Shown: positions 13,998-27,777 of the stretch, piece after piece
How positions within the stretch are numbered: the first letter of the stretch is position 1
How the letters are laid out: every line of letters begins with the position of its first letter
From: Eledone cirrhosa
Taxonomy: Eukaryota
NCBI GenBank assembly: GCA_964016885.1
Contig: OZ024743.1
Location: 203,360,001-203,424,000 of the forward strand
DNA: 64,000 nucleotides
Direction: 5' to 3'
Position numbers and translations under genes: made by a program
Notes under the pieces: model-generated
The model's input: only the letters and a program-made list of their open reading frames with translations
What the model was told of the DNA's origin: nothing
Databases searched by the model: none

Positions 13998-14119
13998 CAC
14001 ACATATATAATATGCATATATATATATATATATACAAATATAAATACACACATATATAATATGCATATATATATGTATATATATATGTATTATATAATAT
14101 ATATATTCACACATATATG

Positions 14120-14186
<67 letters not shown>

Positions 14187-14465
14187 GTATGTATATATAT
14201 AATATATATATACACACATATATAATATGTATATATATAAATATATATACACACATATAATATATATATATATACATATATATATATAATATATATATAT
14301 ATACATATATATATAATATATATACACATATATAATATATATATATATACATATATACACATTCATATATATTATATATATATAATACATATATATAATA
14401 TATATGTATATACACATACATATATATGATATATATACATATATATCATATATATGTATATACAC

Positions 14466-15071
14466 ATACAAACAGCCCGAATTACGCCGTACAGTGTTTA
14501 GGCAACCACGTCACCTTTTTGTTCAACACTGACACGGGAACGATGAACTAGTTTCAAGCTTATTAGCTATCGTCAGCATCGTATACCTTCCTGCCAGATG
14601 GTTGAACGTCTGAAAGTATATACTTTCCTTATGCATATTAATGGCTGAGCAGCCTAATTTGCATATCGAGTGAGTTCAGTCGGCCGGGCACACCGAAATC
14701 GATAAATGGAATAGAAGGAAACGAAACTTCATTTCTCACTCTTAGTACGGCACTTACTTAAATGTAATTATGTATGTATGTATACGTACATACATATATG
14801 TATACAGACGTACAGTAGTATGTATATATATACATACATGCACACACATATATATATATATATATATATGCACGTATCGATTTACCGAACATTTATTAGA
14901 ATGTTCGGTTTGTTTGTGTGTAAACAAACAAACAGCCCGAATTACGTCTGTATACATATATGTACGTCTGTATATATATATGTATGTACGTATACATACA
15001 TACATACTTACATTTAAGTAAGTGCCGTACTAAGAGTGAGAAATGAAATTTTGTTTCATTCTATTCCATTT

Positions 15072-15075
<4 letters not shown>
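14466..15075. repeat. Inverted-repeat element in (TA)n (arms ~14701-14812 / ~14943-15074)
   Basis: GATAAATGGAATAGAA..CATTTCTCACTCTTAGTACGGCACTTACTTAAATGTAA is mirrored on the right; direct repeat ACAAACAGCCCGAATTACG at ~14468 and ~14929. Confidence 0.75.
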
Positions 15076-15138
<63 letters not shown>

Positions 15139-15140
15139 TA

Positions 15141-15202
<62 letters not shown>

Positions 15203-15206
<4 letters not shown>

Positions 15207-16025
15207 TCTATAAATGTACAGTTAAAACCAGTGATAATATATTTAATTATGTCGGTGTAACTTCTACAGAATTTAAAAGTCGCTGGAATAATCACAAATG
15301 CTCTTTCCAAAGATTTGATAAAAAATCTTCAACTTCTCTTTCAAACCTGATATGGAACTTAAAATGCAAGAATATGGACTATTCATTAACCTGGGAAATA
15401 CTTTCAGGAGAACCCGCGTACTACAACACAGCTTTATCTAGATTCTGCAAATTGTGTGTTGAGGAAATTGTTTTCATACTTAAATGTAAGAACACTATTA
15501 ATCTAAGAACGAATTTAAATAATTCTTGTAGACATCGCCTGAATTCAACATTCAGAACTATATATAAATTATAATTATACTTATAATATTTCTACTTATT
15601 TCCATAACTATCTTATCCACTTGGTTTTAATATATTGATATCTCTAAATCATAATATCTATAACATTAAAATTTCATAAAATATATACATATATAATTCT
15701 AAATTTTTTAAAAATTAATTTTAACTGTTAATTTATTCTTAATATTTTTAATTCTTTATATTTATTTCTTTAATTTTTATTTCTTTAAATATTACTTATC
15801 TCTTATAAATTATTTTTTTTTTTATTTTCTCAAATTTTTAATATTTTTTCAATATTTTTTATTAGATTTATAACCACTAAGTGATTCTGGCTAAATATAT
15901 CTTTCAACATTTATACTTATTTTGACTAAATAGTCTCATACTAACGAATAAATAAATGAAACTAGAGTTTTTCCGTATCATCCCATTTTAAAATATATAA
16001 ATATAAATATTCTTATTAACTCAGT
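15203..16025 (+). mobile_element. 3' fragment of Penelope-like element (GIY-YIG endonuclease plus AT-rich 3' UTR)
   Basis: VYKCTV..YVGVTSTEFKSRWNNHK..SLS..W..CKLC.EE..IN.R....CRH; begins at (TA)n; similar to the protein at 46268-47002. Confidence 0.85.
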
Positions 16026-16029
16026 TAAT

Positions 16030-17643
<1,614 letters not shown>

Positions 17644-17920
17644 TAATAATAATAATGATTTCTTTATTAACCACAAGGGTTTACATAAAGTAGACATTAA
17701 GGACAGTGCAGGACAATGCAGGACGGTACAAATGGGCATTTCTGCGTGTAAAAAAAAACAAAAACAGAGGATGTAACAAAAATAACAATGAAAATAACAA
17801 TGAAAAATTCCCCAATAGGGGGGAGACTTCGGAGGGACATTTGTGGAGAAAGCCCAGTAAAAAGCCACAATGACCCTGACCACCAAGGCAAGTGCCCTCT
17901 CCCAGTTTTCCACCTTTAGT

Positions 17921-20900
17921 TTACAGATATATACTCAGAGTCGGCCCATTCACTCGGGCCATTCTTGCTTCTCTCACCCATCTTTCAACAAAATGCTGGG
18001 AAGAGAGCACTTCCCTCTCTACTCTGATTTTCCTTTTCAAATGAAATTTGAAAAAGTCAATCAGAGCATCACCGAAGAGGTAAGTGCTCGTCTTCAGCCC
18101 TTTCAAACGTGTCCACCATACTATCTCTTTCGCCATGGCCACCAGACAGATAAAAACTGCCTGCCCTTCCCGGCTAAAGGAGGAGGGCGGGGCAATCCTC
18201 CCGATAGACTCAGATGATAGCTGGATCCGTCCTAAACGCGACAGCAGGTGTTCGACATAAACCCACAAGTCAGCAATTTTCGGACACTGGACGAGTGCGT
18301 GCAGGACGGTTTCGTCGCCCTGCGCGCATCTCGGACATGCCCGGCTGACGGCACCTCCATGCCTGTAGAGTTTATCCCGAACTGGCAAGGCTCCTCGGTA
18401 GCACTGCCAGGCCAGAGATTTCTGGAAGTTGTCCATAGGCCCTGGCCCGAAAGTTCTTCCGAAGAGATTGGCTAGTTGATTTTCGTCGACGCCTAGAGTT
18501 TCCCCAAGTACGTCGTCGCTCTTCCCCTCCACTAATCCTCTATAGAACGCCGAGGTGGAGTTTCCACCGATCACATTGCCCGATTGGTCGAGGGCTGTGA
18601 GCGCCTGAAGACATTCCAGTCTCCAGGCGCTCCCTCTCGGTCTTCGCTTGACCCAGGACTGCAGCTCCGTCAAGGAAACGAGCTGGGGAAAAACGCGTCT
18701 AGCAAACGGCGACCACACCTGATCACCGTCGAGGAAGAGGTGGAGATGTCGTAGCCTGAGCGCGTGCCTGCGCATCATCAGCCACGGCATGCCCAGCCCT
18801 CCACGTAGCGGGTGTTGACAACAGATGGACCGCCTGACCATCGGAGCACGTCCCTTCCACAAAAAGCGAAAGAGCAAACGCTCCAGCGCAGTCAGGCGAG
18901 GCTTAGGACAAGGTACGACGGTTAGGCGGTAGCAGATGACAGACGCGATGTACGCGTTAGCCACCTCCGCTCGACCTTTCAGGGATAGCTTCCTCTCCGC
19001 CCATTTCTGGGTGAGAGAAGCCACCCTGCTCGTCACCTCGTCCCAGTTTTTGTCCGTCTGGAGGTCCGGACCGAACCAGACCCCTAGCAATTTAACCGGT
19101 CCGTCCGTCCAGCGCCCGACGACGCTGTTGGACGGCATGGGCCTGCCTCTCCAGGTGCCGAGCTGCAGGCCCACTGACTTTTCCTGGTTGATCATTGCTC
19201 CTGTCACCGCTTCGTATTCTCTTAGTGTAGTGCCGATCGCCTCGATGTGTTTGGCGTTCGACACCACTACGGTGACATCGTCCGCATATGCTGACACGGA
19301 TCTTCCGCATCCTAGTTCGCGCGGGACTCCCCTCAACGTCTCCAGTTTGTGCAGTAATGGCTCGAGCGTCAATACGTACAAGAGGGACGAGAGGGGACAT
19401 CCTTGGCGGACCGAGCGCATGATGTTGAACGGTTCCGACAGGTGACCGTTCACTCTCACCACAGAGCAGATGTCGCTGTGCATGGCAGCGATCCAGCCTC
19501 TGAAGACGGGCCCAAAGCCAGCCGCCCTCAGGACTGCCGCTAGGTAACGATGGTCGACCCTATCGAAAGCTTTCGACTGATCTAAATTGATCAAGGACCC
19601 ACCCGTGCCAGGTTCCCTAGCTACCCTCTCTACGATGTATCGCATGAGGTGGAGGTTGTCGTGGATGGATCTGTCGGGAATGGCGCATGTCTGCGCCTCT
19701 CCCACCAGACCACCAACGACAAGCGCCAACCTCTTTGCTAGCACCTTGGCCAAAATCTTAAACTCTGTGTTTAGCAGAGTTATGGGCCGGAAATTTTCTA
19801 TGTTATCCCCCTTGTTCGGATCCTTTCTCAGCAGTGCCACCGCTCCTCGGCTCACAGAACTGGGAATTCTCCCGTTCTGTTGCCAGTTGCAGTAGACGTC
19901 CGCCAAGAGGCCTCCGAACAAGTCTGGCATCTGTACGTAAAGTTCATAGGGCAGACCATCCAAACCAGGCGATTTACCCCTTGTGCAGCCAGTCATTGCC
20001 TCCCTTACTTCAGCGGCTGTTATCGGCTTTTCGCAACACTTCGCCTCAGTGGCCGAGAGCCGCGGCAGTCCGTCGAGGTAGACACTAAAGTCCATCCCTC
20101 TACCCGGCCCACCGCTGCCCCCGAACAGCTGAGCGAAGTGTCGCTGAAAAGCTTCACACATTTGCCCGGGATCGAGTAGCATGCGCCCGTCGTGGTCCAC
20201 CAAAGACCGGATCGTGGCTTTGTTGCCACGACGCGCCTCCGCCACTCGGGCCCATCGCACGGCTTTCGTCCCCTCGTGTCTGAGAGCACGCACCCTTGCT
20301 CTGACAACGCAGCCTTCGTGCTTTGCATTGAAGAATTGGTCAAGGGCCAATTTCGCCGCAAGCACGTCGGTCGCAATGCCTTTGCTAAGCGCCTCGTCTA
20401 ATTTTCTAACTAGTTCTCCCTCTGCTCTATTTTTCTCTATTGCTAAAGCCTTACTAAACCTAATCGATTCTATTCTAATCGCTCTTTTCAGAGCAAACCA
20501 CCACTTGTTGTTGACGATGGCCCCCGTCAACGCCCGCTTAACTAGTTCGCTAATCCGGTCTCTGTAGGCCTTGCGCGCTGGTAAGGACGCGTTTAGCTTC
20601 CAGTAGCCGGGTCCTCGTCTATGAAGCCTATCTAAGTCAAGCACACAGATCACGAATTTGTGGTCCGTGTAGCTGACTATCTTGAATTGTGGACAGCCTA
20701 TGCTAGACCTATCTATTTCCCTACAAAATACTCTATCTAGATATGATCTGGATGACCCTATGCGGTTTGTCCAAGTCCACATTGGCACATTCGGGAAATC
20801 CAATCGGTACCTGTCAGACAGTTCAAAACGCCTGAGCAGGTTGGTGAGGCTCTTGCACCCTCCACCCCTATCCGCTAATCCCACACAGTCCCAGCGTGCA

Positions 20901-21340
20901 TCTAAGATCCCGTTCCAGTCGCCCACTAACACTAAAGAGCGGGACGTTCCAAGAAAGGTCTCCAGACGCCGGAAGAAATCAGGCCGCCCTGCTCCTGTCG
21001 GGGCATAGACGGCCACTAGCCTGAAAGCTTGCCCGTCTCCGCTGGTCACGTCCAGCACCACCAGCTTACCCTCTGGGTCCAGGAAGATGGCCCGTATGGC
21101 GAGATCCAAACCTCTCCGAAAAAGCACAGCAACTCCTCCACCGGATCCAGGACGGCTGGGAGATGCGTACACATCGAAGCCGCCGAAGATCGGTGCGAAG
21201 GCCCGTGCTTCGGAGATTCTGGTCTCGCTGATGGCCACTACATCTATGTTTAGTGACCTGAGGTCGTTGAGCAGGTGACCCTGCTTCCATGACGACCCCA
21301 AGCCACGCGCATTTATGCTGCCTATTCTGAGTGAGGTCAT
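17921..21340 (-). CDS. LINE ORF2: APE endonuclease + reverse transcriptase + C-terminal zinc finger
   Basis: 1139 aa; SINARGL, ISET, VYAP, GDWN, SYLDR, TDH; SPGLDGLP, RPITLLN, DQSKAFDRV, RQGCPLS, AYADD; CPRC..ETVLHALVQC. Confidence 0.95.
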   Translation of the reverse strand: MTSLRIGSINARGLGSSWKQGHLLNDLRSLNIDVVAISETRISEARAFAPIFGGFDVYASPSRPGSGGGVAVLFRRGLDLAIRAIFLDPEGKLVVLDVTSGDGQAFRLVAVYAPTGAGRPDFFRRLETFLGTSRSLVLVGDWNGILDARWDCVGLADRGGGCKSLTNLLRRFELSDRYRLDFPNVPMWTWTNRIGSSRSYLDRVFCREIDRSSIGCPQFKIVSYTDHKFVICVLDLDRLHRRGPGYWKLNASLPARKAYRDRISELVKRALTGAIVNNKWWFALKRAIRIESIRFSKALAIEKNRAEGELVRKLDEALSKGIATDVLAAKLALDQFFNAKHEGCVVRARVRALRHEGTKAVRWARVAEARRGNKATIRSLVDHDGRMLLDPGQMCEAFQRHFAQLFGGSGGPGRGMDFSVYLDGLPRLSATEAKCCEKPITAAEVREAMTGCTRGKSPGLDGLPYELYVQMPDLFGGLLADVYCNWQQNGRIPSSVSRGAVALLRKDPNKGDNIENFRPITLLNTEFKILAKVLAKRLALVVGGLVGEAQTCAIPDRSIHDNLHLMRYIVERVAREPGTGGSLINLDQSKAFDRVDHRYLAAVLRAAGFGPVFRGWIAAMHSDICSVVRVNGHLSEPFNIMRSVRQGCPLSSLLYVLTLEPLLHKLETLRGVPRELGCGRSVSAYADDVTVVVSNAKHIEAIGTTLREYEAVTGAMINQEKSVGLQLGTWRGRPMPSNSVVGRWTDGPVKLLGVWFGPDLQTDKNWDEVTSRVASLTQKWAERKLSLKGRAEVANAYIASVICYRLTVVPCPKPRLTALERLLFRFLWKGRAPMVRRSICCQHPLRGGLGMPWLMMRRHALRLRHLHLFLDGDQVWSPFARRVFPQLVSLTELQSWVKRRPRGSAWRLECLQALTALDQSGNVIGGNSTSAFYRGLVEGKSDDVLGETLGVDENQLANLFGRTFGPGPMDNFQKSLAWQCYRGALPVRDKLYRHGGAVSRACPRCAQGDETVLHALVQCPKIADLWVYVEHLLSRLGRIQLSSESIGRIAPPSSFSREGQAVFICLVAMAKEIVWWTRLKGLKTSTYLFGDALIDFFKFHLKRKIRVEREVLSSQHFVERWVREARMARVNGPTLSIYL

Positions 21341-21375
21341 GTTTAAAATAGAGTGGAAAAGATGGGAAAGACCAC

Positions 21376-23502
21376 TTACCGTACTTTTGGTAGAGGAGGG
21401 ATGGTTTTTACATCCCTTTTCACTTGATCGTCTGGTGAAGGGACCGTTGAATCGTCCCTTCGGCTGGTCGTCGGCCCTTCTAAGAGAATGTCTGAGTATA
21501 CTCTTCGATTGATGGTTCCTCCTAGGTCCCTGAAATCACCAACTGCGTTGGGGAATTTCGTTTTAATATTTGTGTATTGTTTCTGTGCTATTTTTAGCAG
21601 TCTTATGTTAGTTGGCGTTTTGATTGGTGCTGGTATTATGTAGTCCTGTTGTGAAATGTCTGTGTGTTCAATTATGTAAGTCATTAGTTTCTTGTTGTGT
21701 GTATTTATTGCCGTGCATTTGTTTTTCTGGGGGTGGGGTGTGGTTCTGCTATTTTCTTGTCGTTGTTGCTGGGTGTGTGTGTTTTGTTGTTGTGTTTGCG
21801 ATGTTGGTGCTTGTGGTGGTGGTGTTGAAGGTGTTGTTGGCGGTGGGGTTGTCGCCGGTGGTGATGGTGGCGCTAGTGTGGGTGGTGATGGTGTTGGTGT
21901 TGTTGCTGCTGTGGGTCTCTTTGCAGTAGACTTTACCCTTTTCTCATTTCTTTCCTCCCTTTTCAAAGGCGACGATGCGCTGCTTCTGCGTTTGTGCCTT
22001 CTTGCGACCTTTTGCCATCCCTCTCCCACCTCACACTCCATGTCTGATTCTGTAAGGTCGGGGAGGGGTACCAGCTCCACTCTTTCACTTGTTGTTGTTG
22101 GTGATGTTTGCACTGGAGTCTCTGTTGCAGCTGCATTTGGTATTGCTGTTGTTGTTGTTAATATTTCCACTGCTGCTGCTGTCTTTGATTTCCGTGGAGT
22201 GGGTATGGGTGCCACGGACCTATCGTTCCTGGTTGCCGCTTGTCCTGTTGCTGGTAGCCGTGGAGCCGGATTCGGAAGGAGGGGGGTTTTCTCCTTTCTC
22301 AGGGTCTTCTCGTTGCAGAAGGCCCTGAGGTGAGTCTTCGATCCACAGCGAAAGCATTTCGGGCGTTTGCCCTCAACACTTATGGGCAGTTGAGTGCCGT
22401 TATCGAAGTCTATCACATCCGGGATAGCTTCGATGCACTCCTGGTTGGTTTGGATTAGCATCTCAATGGAGGAGCCGACCCAATCTTCTCTTACTTTTTT
22501 CTGTACTTGCAGTACAGTTGTTTTGTCCTCGATTCCGACGAGGACAGACGCGGCCAGCCAAGAAGGGGTCATTCCGGGGGGGACGTGGGTCAGTTTGACC
22601 CTCACAATTTTTTGCCCGCAGTAGGAGGGCACCAACACCATTTCCTCGCTCCTTAGGGTCATTACTGATTGGGCCTTTGCCTCCTGGGGTGTGGCAAAAA
22701 GTACGTCTACGGTGGCGTATTTTTTGCCTCGGGTGATGTGCGTTTTCCTCTGCCACACAGACCCCAAGGCTTTTTGTATTTGGGCCTCTGTGGCTCTTTC
22801 CACTCTACGGGATTTTGTACTTACTGTACGGTACGTGACCGTACAGTGCTCTTGGGTTTCGAAAAAATTTTTCGCTGCCTTGCAGATTGCTCGGTGTCCG
22901 TTCTTTGTCACCATCTTCTTCGCTTCCTCTAATTCCTCATTTGTTATGAGGATTGTTTCCAAGTTTTTCGCAATACCTGCAAATGAGATTGGTTTTTCTC
23001 TGCTGTTGTTGTTGTCGTCAGAGCTGCTGGTACTTTTGTTGCTGCAGGTACTACGACTACTGCCTCCGCCGCTGTTGCTGTGGTTGTTGTTGGTGTTGCT
23101 GCTGCTAATGCTGTTGTTGTTTATGCTGCTGGTGATGCTGTTGCGGCTGCTACTGTTGTTTTCATTGTCACTGTTGCTGTTGTTATTACGGCTGCTACTG
23201 CTATTATTCCTGACGTCAGACGAATGAACTGGGTTTTCGTATTTCCCGCACACCTGTTTCGTCGCTGTCGTCGTCGTCGTGGAGAAACCTTGCAGGCTTT
23301 GCACGAGACTTTTCTTTTCTTTCGTCGCTTGCGAAAGAGAAGGGAGGGAGAGAGACACATTTAAAGAAGGGAGGGAGAGAGACAATCTTCTCTCTGCTGT
23401 AGTGATGATTGAGGAAGAAGAAGACGGAATGAGTGGGAGTGACGTATGAAATTTCTTTTTGGTAGCCATGTTTTTTTGTTTAAAATGAAATTTTGGGTAC
23501 AA
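21376..23502 (-). CDS. LINE ORF1 (nucleic-acid-binding, CCHC knuckle, low-complexity termini)
   Basis: 708 aa, directly upstream of ORF2; CFRCGSKTHLRAFC knuckle; S/N-rich N-terminus and P/T/Q-rich C-terminus. Confidence 0.88.
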   Translation of the reverse strand: MYPKFHFKQKNMATKKKFHTSLPLIPSSSSSIITTAERRLSLSLPSLNVSLSLPSLSQATKEKKSLVQSLQGFSTTTTTATKQVCGKYENPVHSSDVRNNSSSSRNNNSNSDNENNSSSRNSITSSINNNSISSSNTNNNHSNSGGGSSRSTCSNKSTSSSDDNNNSREKPISFAGIAKNLETILITNEELEEAKKMVTKNGHRAICKAAKNFFETQEHCTVTYRTVSTKSRRVERATEAQIQKALGSVWQRKTHITRGKKYATVDVLFATPQEAKAQSVMTLRSEEMVLVPSYCGQKIVRVKLTHVPPGMTPSWLAASVLVGIEDKTTVLQVQKKVREDWVGSSIEMLIQTNQECIEAIPDVIDFDNGTQLPISVEGKRPKCFRCGSKTHLRAFCNEKTLRKEKTPLLPNPAPRLPATGQAATRNDRSVAPIPTPRKSKTAAAVEILTTTTAIPNAAATETPVQTSPTTTSERVELVPLPDLTESDMECEVGEGWQKVARRHKRRSSASSPLKREERNEKRVKSTAKRPTAATTPTPSPPTLAPPSPPATTPPPTTPSTPPPQAPTSQTQQQNTHTQQQRQENSRTTPHPQKNKCTAINTHNKKLMTYIIEHTDISQQDYIIPAPIKTPTNIRLLKIAQKQYTNIKTKFPNAVGDFRDLGGTINRRVYSDILLEGPTTSRRDDSTVPSPDDQVKRDVKTIPPLPKVR

Positions 23503-23713
23503 AACCCCAATAACTGGTTATTTAACCCCGAAGGGTCAAATAACGGACAGAAAGACCCCTCTCACGAGGAGGAGGGTGTCTTTATCAACAATTTGGTTCA
23601 AGTTTTAAACAATTTACAATTGTTTTAACGGTTAAAAATTACTATACCTTACAGAGCCGAGCCTCCGTCAACCATGGCATTCAATAATAATAATAATAAT
23701 AATAATTATAATA

Positions 23714-25963
23714 AGAAACTCTTAAGGGGCAAGCCAAAAAACTAACCAACTGGAAATCACCAGGCCCAGATGGTGTGCAGGGGTATTGGATTAAACATTT
23801 AACATCCCTCCACCCGAAGCTGACGGCCATGTTCAATGACTGCTTGGTGTCGGGTGAGGTGCCAGAGTGGTTGACAAAAGGTACCACAGTTCTGATAATG
23901 AAAGACCGAATCAAGGGTAATGATGTTACCAACTATAGACCTATCACATGTCTGTCCGTAATGTGGAAACTGTTGACGAGCATTGTGTCTGAAGAAATCT
24001 AACATCACCTCCACACAAACAACTTGTTACCGGACGAACAGAAAGGATGCCGAAAGAAGTCACGTGGTACAAAAGACCAGTTGCTTATTGATAAGATGGT
24101 AATGGGGAATTGCAGGAGGAGACACATTGATCTTGCCATGGGATGGATAGACTACAGAAAGGCATTTGACATGGTGCCTCATTCCTGGATCACCAAAAGC
24201 CTGGAGATCTTCAGGGTGGCAGATAACATCAGACAGTTGCTAGGCAGGAGTATGGGGTCCTGGGAGACAGAGTTGACATCAACTGGAGTATCCTTGGGAA
24301 GCGTGAAGATCAAGAGAGGTATCTTCCAGGGAGATAGCCTGTCCCCTCTGTTGTTTGTCCTTGCCCTGATGCCCTTGACCATTATGCTGCGAAAAGTGAG
24401 AGCAGGATACAAGTTGGGAAGGGGAGAGCTTACCATCAATCACCTCCTCTTCATGGACGATCTTAAGCTCTTCGGGAAAAGTGAGAAGGAGTTGGATGTG
24501 CTTGTTGACACTGTCCGTATTTTCAGCAGTGATATATGTATGCAGTTTGGTATTGGTAAATGTGGAGTCATTGTGATGAAGAGGGGTAGGTTGAGCAGAA
24601 GTAACGGGATCCAGATACCAACAGGTGAGATGATAAAGGAAATTGACTCTGAGGAAGGATACAATTAGGTGGGCGTTCTGGAGGCTGATGGCATAAAGAA
24701 CAAAAAAATAAAGGAATTGTTAAGAACTGAATACATTCGGAGAGTAAGGAGCGTATTGAAGTCACATCTGAACAGCAGAAATGCCATAAGCGCAGTAAAT
24801 TCCCGAGCTGTGTCTATTATTAGGTACAGTGCGGGAATTCTGAGATGGAATGTTGCTGAACAAAAAGAAATGGATAGGAAGACTAGGAAGCTATTGACTA
24901 TCTACAACATGTTCCACAAGAGGAGTGATGTCGATAGACTCTACCTAAGGAGATCTGAGGGTGGAAGAGGTCTTATCAGCATAGAGGACTGTGTTCAGAT
25001 GGAGAAAAACAACCTATACAAATACGTGACCTATAGTAAGGAGCCAATGCTCAGAACTGTACTGAAGGAGGGGACAGTAGGCCAGGGGATGTCCAAGGAG
25101 GAAATAACATCAAGGAGGAAGTGCAGCCTTAAGGGAAAATCCCTTCATAGTACCTTCTTTGAGAAAACTGAATTTAGAGATCCACAGACATGGAACTGGT
25201 TGAGAAGAGGAGACCTCAAAAAGGCTACAGAAGGAATGCTAATGGCTGCGCAGGAGCAGGCCCTCAAAACGAAGTGGTTGAAGCACCATATCTACAAGGA
25301 GGAGGCTAGCCCACTGTGCAGGATCTGTGGAGAGAGAGGGGAGACTGTGGCTCACATTGTATCCGAGTGTAAACACCTAGCCCAGACTCACTATAAGGGC
25401 TGGAGACATGATGTGATGGGCAGGGTGATCCACTGGCACCTATGCAAAGTAAACAATTTACCACATTCTGAGAAGTGGTATGAGCATAAGCTAGAGTCGG
25501 TGATAGAAAACGATCAGGTGAAGGTGCTGTGGGATTTTAGGATACAGACGGACTAGAAACTGGAACACAATAGACCTGACCTGGTGGTTTTGGACAAGGA
25601 AAAAAGATCGTGCCTGATTGTGGATGTGGCCTGCCCGTTCGACACGAGAGTGCAAGAGAAGGAGAGGGAGAAAATTAACCGATACCAGGACCTAAAGTGG
25701 GAGGTGAAAAGGATTTGGAACTGCCATGAAGTCAAAGTGATCCCGATTGTCATAGGCGCACTGGGGACTATCTCCAAAAGTTTCCAGGGATGGTTAAAGA
25801 AAATCGGCCCCTTCACGCTTTTTGGAACGCTTCAAAAGGCATGCTTGCTTGGAACAGCAAGAACCCTCCGATACGTCCTGAATATCTGAGGCTGCAGGTA
25901 GTGGCTTGATATTCAATCCAACGGACTTTCCAGTTAACCAACATCAATGACTGAGATTCAAGG
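23714..25963 (+). mobile_element. 5'-truncated R4/Dong-clade LINE (RT plus restriction-like endonuclease), with stop codons
   Basis: [71 protein letters not shown]; in-frame stops at ~24000, ~24666 and ~25554; (AAT)n tail. Confidence 0.92.
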
Positions 25964-25999
25964 AATAACAATAACAATAATAATAATAATAATAATAAT

Positions 26000-27460
26000 G
26001 GGGAAGCGTGAAGATCAAGAGAGGTATCTTCCAGGGAGATAGTCTGTCCCCTCTGTTGTTTGTCCTTGCCCTGATGCCCCTGACCAGTGTACTGCGAAAA
26101 GTGAGAGCAGGATACAGGTTGGGAAAGGGAGGGCTTACCATCAATCACCTCCTCTTCATGGACGATCTTAAGCTCTTCGGGAAGAGTGAGAAAGAGTTGG
26201 ATGTGCTTGTTGACACTGTCCGTATTTTCAGCAATGATATATGTATGCAATTTGGTATTAGTAAGTGTGGAGTCATTGTGATGAGGAGGGGTAAGTTGAG
26301 CAGATTTAACGGAATCCAGATACCAACAGGTGAGATGATAAAGGAAATTGACTCTGAGGAATGATACAAGTATTTGGGCGTTCTGGAGGCTGATGACATC
26401 AAGAACAAAAAGGTGAAGGAATTGATAAGAACTGAATACCTTCGGAGAGTAAGGGGCGTATTAAAGTCACATCTGAACAGTAGGAATGCCATAAGTGCAG
26501 TAAATACTCGAGCTGTGTCTATTATTAGGTACAATGTGGGAATTCTGAGATGGAATGTTGCTGAACAAAAAGAAATGGATAGGAAGACTAGTAAGCTATT
26601 GGCTATCTACAATATGTTCTACAAGAGGAGTGATGTCGATAGACTCTACTTAAGGAGATCTGAAGGTGGAAGAGGTCTTATCAGCATAGAGGACTGTGTT
26701 CAGATGGAGAAAAAAAACCTACACAAATACGTGACTGATAGTAAGGAGCCAATGCTCAGAGCTGTACTGAAGGAGGGGACAATAGCCAGGGGATGTCCAA
26801 GGAGGAACTAACATCAAGGAGAAAGAGCAGCCTTCAGGAAAAATCCCTTCATAGTACCTTCTTTGAGAAAACTGAATTTAGAGACTCACTATAAGGGCTG
26901 GAAACATGATGTGATGGACAGGGTGATCCACTGGCACCTATGCAAAGTAAACAGTTTACCACATTCTGAGAAGTGGTATGAGCATAAGCCAGAGGCGGTG
27001 ATAGAAAACGATCAGGTGAAGGTGCTGTGGGATTTTAGGATACAGACGGACAAGAAACTGGAACACAATAGACCTGACCTGGTGGTTTTGGACAAAGAAA
27101 AAAGATCGTGCCTGATTGTGGATGTGGCCTGGCCATTCGACACGAGAGTGCAAGAGAAGGTGAGGGAGAAAATTAACCGATACCAGGACTTAAAGTGGGA
27201 GGTAAAAAGGATTTGGAACTGCCATGAAGTCAAAGTGATCCCGATTGTCATAGGCGCACTGGGGACTATCTCAAAAAGTTTCCAGGAATGGTTAAAGAAA
27301 ATTGGCCCCTTCACGCTTTTTGGAACGCTTCAAAAGGCATGCTTGCTGGGAACAGCAAGAACCATCCGATACGTCCTGAATATCTGAGGCTGCAGGTAGT
27401 GGCTTGATATTCATTTCAACAAACTTTCCAGTTGACTAACATCAATGACTGAGACTCAAA
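26000..27460 (+). mobile_element. Second, more truncated R4/Dong-clade LINE with internal deletion
   Basis: Same family as the 23714 copy, starting at GGGAAGCGTGAAG. About 200 bp including the zinc finger is missing at ~26883 (GAATTTAGAGA joined to CTCACTATAAG). (TAA)n on both sides. Confidence 0.9.
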
Positions 27461-27461
27461 A

Positions 27462-27517
<56 letters not shown>

Positions 27518-27777
27518 TTTCTTTATTAACCACAAGGGTTTACATAAAGTAGACATTAAGGACAGTGCAGGACAATGCAGGACGGTACAAATGGGCATTT
27601 CTGCGTGTAAAAAAACAAAAACAGAGGATGTAACAAAAATAACAATGAAAATAACAATGAAAAATTCCCCAATAGGGGGGAGACTTCGGAGGGACATTTG
27701 TGGAGAAAGCCCAGTAAAAAGCCACAATGACCCTGACCACCAAGGCAAGTGCCCTCTCCCAGTTTTCCACCTTTAGT

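Larger units (their letters stand above)
17657..23682 (-). mobile_element. Full-length L1-clade (Tx1-group) non-LTR retrotransposon, copy 1, apparently intact
   Basis: 5' UTR, ORF1, ORF2, 3' UTR with AATAAA, and (TAA)n at both ends. Confidence 0.93.

Noticed and set aside
15930-15975. Possible hammerhead in the 3' UTR of the 15.2-kb PLE (CTAACGA...GAAACTAGAGTT)
   Set aside because: G5 is mutated and stems I and II are not convincing; at best a relic.
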